The position numbers were made by a program, and so were the translations under genes. Positions 49,704 to 64,000 of a stretch of DNA of 64,000 nucleotides are shown here, piece by piece (positions within the stretch are counted from its first letter, which is position 1; each line of letters starts with the position of its first letter). This DNA is from the human T2T-CHM13v2.0 reference genome, Homo sapiens, in NCBI RefSeq assembly GCF_009914755.1, contig NC_060945.1, one strand, 5' to 3'. The notes beneath the pieces are model-generated. The model saw only the letters and a list, made by a program, of their open reading frames with translations, made no database searches and was not told where the DNA came from.

Positions 49704-50501
49704 CTCCTTACTTTTTAATGTACAAATGAGGAAATATTTTTCTTAGAAAAAGCAACACACAATGTATTCTGATACCTTAAAATCTACTTTTTGCATTAAA
49801 CTGATCATAAAATTTATTCAACATTTAATTGTAATTTATTGTAAATCTACTTATTATAGAAATAAATAAAGATAAAAAGTCTATCTTCATTTGAAAACCA
49901 GGCAAAGTAATGTAACACATAACCAAATCTGACAATTAACACTGATAGCTTAATATAGTGAGATGAATTGATTCCCAATTAAAAAACTCATAGACTCAAG
50001 ATAGTCTTAACATAATTACTGAAATGTCCATGTGAAAAAATGATGCAATAAAGTATGTATTTACTTCCACTGACAGATTTTCCTGAGCTATTTTCAAATC
50101 TTAGAAAATACTGGTTTAAAAAACCACACTATAGTCATAACCATATTCATCCATGATTCTCACATTAGAAGATAAATCCTACCAAAGTATAAATAGAAGC
50201 ACTTTGCAGGCTCGTAAAGCCTATCCTTTAGAAGTCATGCTATTACTTAAGTGTGTTCAGAGTAAGTGTTAAATAAATACTGGTTAAACTAAAAACATTC
50301 AAGAAAAGTGAAACTGGAACAAATTTTGATATTTTCCAAATAGAGACTGCAGAAGTCAACTATCCAATCGAAGGCAGCCACACACAGCAGATGGGACTGA
50401 AAAGGCATGAGAATGATGCTGTGTTTTCTGGGAGCCACTGAGGAGGCCATGTTTCTAGATTTCTTGTAGCGATATGTCATTTGTTACTCTAATGTCTACA
50501 C

Positions 50502-50713
50502 CAAGCTTGTCCAACTCGCAGCCTGCCCAGGATGGCATTAAATGCTGCCCAACACAAATTCGTAACTTTCTTAAAACATTATAAGACATTTTTGAGTTTT
50601 TTTTTTTTTTTTTGGCTCATAAGATATCATTAGTGTTACTGTATTTTATGTGTGGCCTAAGACAATTCTTCTTCCAATGTGGCCAGGGAAGCCAAAAGAT
50701 TGGACACCCCTAG
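50502..50713. mobile_element. MER30-like hAT MITE
   Basis: caagcttgtccaa...aaagattggacacccct termini. Confidence 0.7.
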
Positions 50714-50939
50714 TCTACGCTGTAAAAGATAAGCATGTTCTCTCTTACATACAGCGCTTACAATGAGAATAAAGTGGAAGTTCCAATTTAAATTAAAAAG
50801 TCTTCAGTTAAAAACAAAACCTAAAACTGAACATCTGGTTTAATAAGTGCATTAATAATTATGCCCTGGTTAAATTTTTTTTCTTAAATTCATCAAACTA
50901 AAAAAACTACACAGGCTACTAATTTCATAAGGTACCTAC

Positions 50940-51038
50940 CTCCAGCATCTAGGACAATATCTACTCCCAGGCCACCTGTTTCTTCCAAACAGCTTTCAGC
51001 AACATGAACTTTCCCATTAGATACATCAATCACTCGGG
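50940..51038 (-). CDS. CRYZL1: CRYZL1 exon ([10 protein letters not shown]...VDIVLDAG)
   Basis: 99 nt; GVDIVLD motif of the MDR/quinone oxidoreductase family. Confidence 0.94.
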
Positions 51039-51396
51039 CTGTAAAGGACAGGAAATCAGGCAATTGTACTGTTCTCTATGTGATCAACACAAACAAATCA
51101 GGGAAAAAGAAAAAGAAAAGCAAATAAATATCTATTCTTGAAATGAGTTAAGCAATTCAAACAATTACTGAATTTAAAGGGAGAAAGTCAATTTAAATTA
51201 TACTTTTTCTCATCTAACCCAATATGGGATATAGCAGTCTAAATGAAGAGACTTGTATATTTAATAAAACTAAAATGTGAACATTTTGTGGAGAAGGTGA
51301 TCCAAGGCTGGTCTGTTGACACAGAGCACTATTCTCTACAGTTATAGGATATGTTGCCAGAATTAGGAATCTGAAAACACAGAGGTACATATATAA

Positions 51397-53932
<2,536 letters not shown>

Positions 53933-54026
53933 AGGGATTTTGTACTTGGTTTTACAAGTACATTTTTAAAGGTGATTTTCCTTCAAAATTTCCTGTTTTA
54001 AAGTCTGTGCTCATAATATTACCCAC

Positions 54027-54138
54027 CTATGGGAGGTCTGAATCTTTCAAGGCACTGCTTATCTTCAAGGCTGCATGCTGTTGAAATCACTTTGGCTCCT
54101 CTATGATGTGCTAACTGAATAGCTATTGTACCAAATGC
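54027..54138 (-). CDS. CRYZL1: CRYZL1 exon ([10 protein letters not shown]...RFRPPI)
   Basis: 112 nt; continuation of the Rossmann-fold region. Confidence 0.94.
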
Positions 54139-55154
54139 CTGTGTAGAAAAAAATATACAGTGGGTGTATGGTTATAGAACAGAGGCCATATCGAATTGAT
54201 TTCTTTATATTATTTAATAAAGTATAATTCTTTAGTGTTACTTTAGTATATTTTAAAATGTTATCTAATAGGAAAAGAGCAAAGTTATGGGCAAGTTTAA
54301 TAGGGGAAATATTTGATTGACTTTCTTCTTTACAAGGGGTGGTGGAAAAGCTGCATGTCACACGCTGTCACTCAGTCTGACCACAGCACATAATTTCAAG
54401 GATGGAGGGCCACATTCAGACACATGGCCTTGCAAAGAGAAAACTGGGCCTTGTCAATGCGATGGTCTAAGCTAATTATATACTATATATGGGAGTCCAG
54501 CTATCTCTCTTTGAAGATCAAAACACTTCAAAAGCTCCATCCTGTTCAGACCTATAGGGTAAGTTTGGGGAAACACTACTATCCTGATGTTGGATATCAG
54601 GCTGAAGCCAGTGCTGAAGACAGCTTTGCCTTTTCTTCAAAGAAAAGCAGGAAGAAAGCATTTCATCACAAGCCAGTTAGAAAATAAAACTATAAGTTAA
54701 TTTCAAGATTTTCTTAACATTTTTAGATGACAATATTTTATGTATTCTTTTAGTGTCTTGAACTATTTTTTGATATATGTAATATGTTTAAATTAGGACG
54801 TGTTGATCTTTTGTGTGATCCATCTATACATAAAATGCCAATACTTGATCAACGTAAGTGTGAGGGTGGGAAATAGGCTACAAAGCTATTAGGGAATTCT
54901 GGACTATGACTTCAAAGGCTCATGTGGCATCTTAGGCTTTGTCTAACAGGAATGAATAAAAATGGCTTGTCTTTTTAATGTACCAGCAGATTCAAAGTCA
55001 TAAACTAATCACACTAAATCTAACTTTGATCTTCTATTGATAAAAGCTGCTTATTATAACAAAATAGGACACTGGAAAAAAAGTCAATCAATAAGCTATT
55101 GGCAAAGAATTATATTAGCAAATGGATGGCTCATTGCTAAATTTCCTAAGTTTA

Positions 55155-55379
<225 letters not shown>

Positions 55380-55762
55380 CTACCTCCTGGATCTATTTCT
55401 CTCCATCTCTAGTACTACTATGGCCCTGGTCCAAGCCCCTACTCCCATTCTCTCTCACCTACAATACTTTCCATTATTTGCCCATGAATAATTCTCCATA
55501 TAGGAGTCAGTGTGTGTGTATTTTTAAAACTTTTTATATTGTGAAATAAAATGTGCAGAAAAAGTATGTAAAATATAAAATATAGCTGGATGAATAAATA
55601 TAAAGGAAATATGCAAAGTTAACGGTATACCATCCTGGTGGAGAGAGAGCACAACCATCACCCCAGCAGCCTCTTCTCTCCTCACCAAAGGTCACCACCA
55701 TTCTCATGCAATTTCTTATTTGTATCACTCATTAGTACGCATTCCTAAACAATACAATTTCC

Positions 55763-56366
<604 letters not shown>

Positions 56367-57297
56367 TTATCTGAATGGAATCATACCATATGCATTCTTT
56401 TCTACCTTGCTTTTTATGTTCCATATTATGTTTTTAAGGCATCCATTCTGTGGATGAGGCTGTTAGAGCACTTTCATTCTTGTTGTTTTATGGCATTCCA
56501 ATATATTAAAAACACCTTCATTTGCTTACCCATTGTTTAGCTGATGAACATTTGTGTTGTCTCCAATTTTTGTCAGTTACAAACAATGCTGCTAAGTGTG
56601 TTCGTATATGAAAAATATTGTTACACCGTGCATGGGTTTTCCTAGGATACTTAAATTGGAGTGGAAATCCTAGGTCCCAGGTATATTATCTGTTCCTTAA
56701 CTACACCTTTCCAAAGTAATTGCATCAATTTACTTTCCCACAGTAGTGTCCTGTTGCTGTGAATGTCCTTGTCAACTTGTGGAATGATCACATTTATATA
56801 TTTTTACCAATTATGTAGGTAGGTAATAGTTTCTTACTATGATTTTAATTTGCTTTCTCTGACTACTAAAAGAGGTTGAGCATCTTTCCATGTTCACTGG
56901 CCATCTGGAATTCCTTTTGTGAATTCCTTTTTCAAGTGTTAATCAATTTTTCTATTGTTTTGTCTTTTTCTTATTTAGAGCTTTACAGGAATTCTTTATA
57001 TATTCTAGAGAAGTCATTTGTTCATGTGCTGTAAATATTATTTTCAACTTTGTGCCTTCTGTTTTCAATCTCTTTAACAGTATCTTTAAAAAACAGAATC
57101 ATCAGAATGATATTTTAAAAAGATAACTGACATCCTAACAATTCCCTGCTTAAAATTTATCAATGGCTTTACACTGTACTTGGAACCAAATGCAACTCCT
57201 AATATAGTTTAAAAAGTTCCGCATGATCTGACCGTGAAACTATTCCTTAACATGTTTCACTATTTAATTTTTGTTTTGTATTTATGTTGTACACTGA

Positions 57298-62848
<5,551 letters not shown>

Positions 62849-64000
62849 ATTGTTGTTGTTTTTAATAATTTATCTTCTATAGCAATTTAGTTTTGGTTAC
62901 TTAATGAAAAGACTCCATATTCACAACGTACTCGAAAGAACAGGGCAATAAGGCCAACCATTCAAGGAAACTCTGGGGCCAAAAATAGGATAGTTTCCTG
63001 TAAAGGAGCCCGTGGCAGTCCTCAAATTTCAAACTGCACAATTTCAAGATAGCTCTGGATTAGAGACTCTCACTGCGTGGTATTTGAAAGAGGTCTTTAT
63101 CTTTCAAAGGAAGACACACACTTGGCTCCTCACTAGGCTTCATGTACGTTCCAATAAGTGCAGCCCTCAGATCTCTGAAAAAGTGTCTTTTGGAAATTAA
63201 TTTTTAATAAAATAATAAAGTATTATTGGAAATTTTAGATATAATGAATGACATTAATTTAAATAAAAATTACTTTAAATTTATAATTTTAGAAATGAAA
63301 TGCCAAAGATTTGGTAGCCTAGCTCAAGTTACTGTAAGGACTTAACTGAGTAAGATTACTATTTTTGGAAGACCCAAATCCAAATTAGCCTCTGTCCCCA
63401 AAAGGTCTGATTAGAGATCACATTATTTAAGAAAAGAACTTAGGAAAAGGTTTAATTCAATAGTTCAAGAACATAAGAGAAGGTATTTGCTACTATGGAT
63501 ATGGTATGAAGAACATAATGAATTCCAGCATAAGAAATATATGCTGGCTGTACCACTGGAGTCCTGGTGTATCCACTGACCACATCTTCCTCCCCTGCTC
63601 ACACAGGTAACTTCCACCCAACTTTCCATCCTCTACCTTTTCTCTATATCCTTAAATAACATATGCTTAATTTTGTACATTTTTGAACTGTATATAAATA
63701 AATGGCATGGGACTGTTTGTATTCTTCTGTAACTTGCTTTTTTCACTCAATGCTGTTTGTGAGAGTCATCCACTTTGATATGTTTAGCTCTTACTCATTT
63801 TCACTGCTCAATAGAAATTCATTCTATGAATATTTTCAATTATCTATTTGCTTGGTGATGGACATTTGGGCTGTTTCCAGTTTCTTTCACTATTACAAAT
63901 AAGCTGCTATCAACTCTTATGCAGTATGCCTCCTAGTGCACATCAAATTTCCATAGGCTACATGAGTGGAATTACTAGGTCTGGTATATATACATCATTA

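Overview
Human (Alu-rich, primate) genomic DNA that I recognise from the translated exons as the chr21q22.11 SON-DONSON-CRYZL1 cluster. Plus strand: SON from the 5916-nt exon 3 to the last exon and 3'UTR (about 1316-29340), including the alternative exons for the short isoforms. Minus strand: the complete 10-exon DONSON CDS (40430 down to 30100, 1701 nt, 566 aa) with its CpG-island promoter, and the last seven coding exons of CRYZL1 (55330 down to 41611). Exon boundaries were read by hand from splice signals and frame continuity. Gene, isoform and repeat-family names come from recall, not from a database search, and repeat coordinates are approximate. Most interesting signals: (1) a ~70-bp long-range helix in SON intron 4, with G-U wobbles on the sense strand, that loops out the acceptor of the truncating exon 5a; (2) a 53-nt tandem duplication of the SON last-exon acceptor that switches between a truncated and a complete dsRNA-binding domain; (3) a degenerate tandem copy of the whole CRYZL1 last exon with its acceptor intact; (4) minor-spliceosome (U12) introns in both DONSON and CRYZL1, with a candidate AC-acceptor/GT-donor hybrid exon inside the CRYZL1 AT-AC intron; (5) SON exon 3 is symmetric, stop-free and flanked by inverted Alus, so a circle of it would carry an endless ORF.
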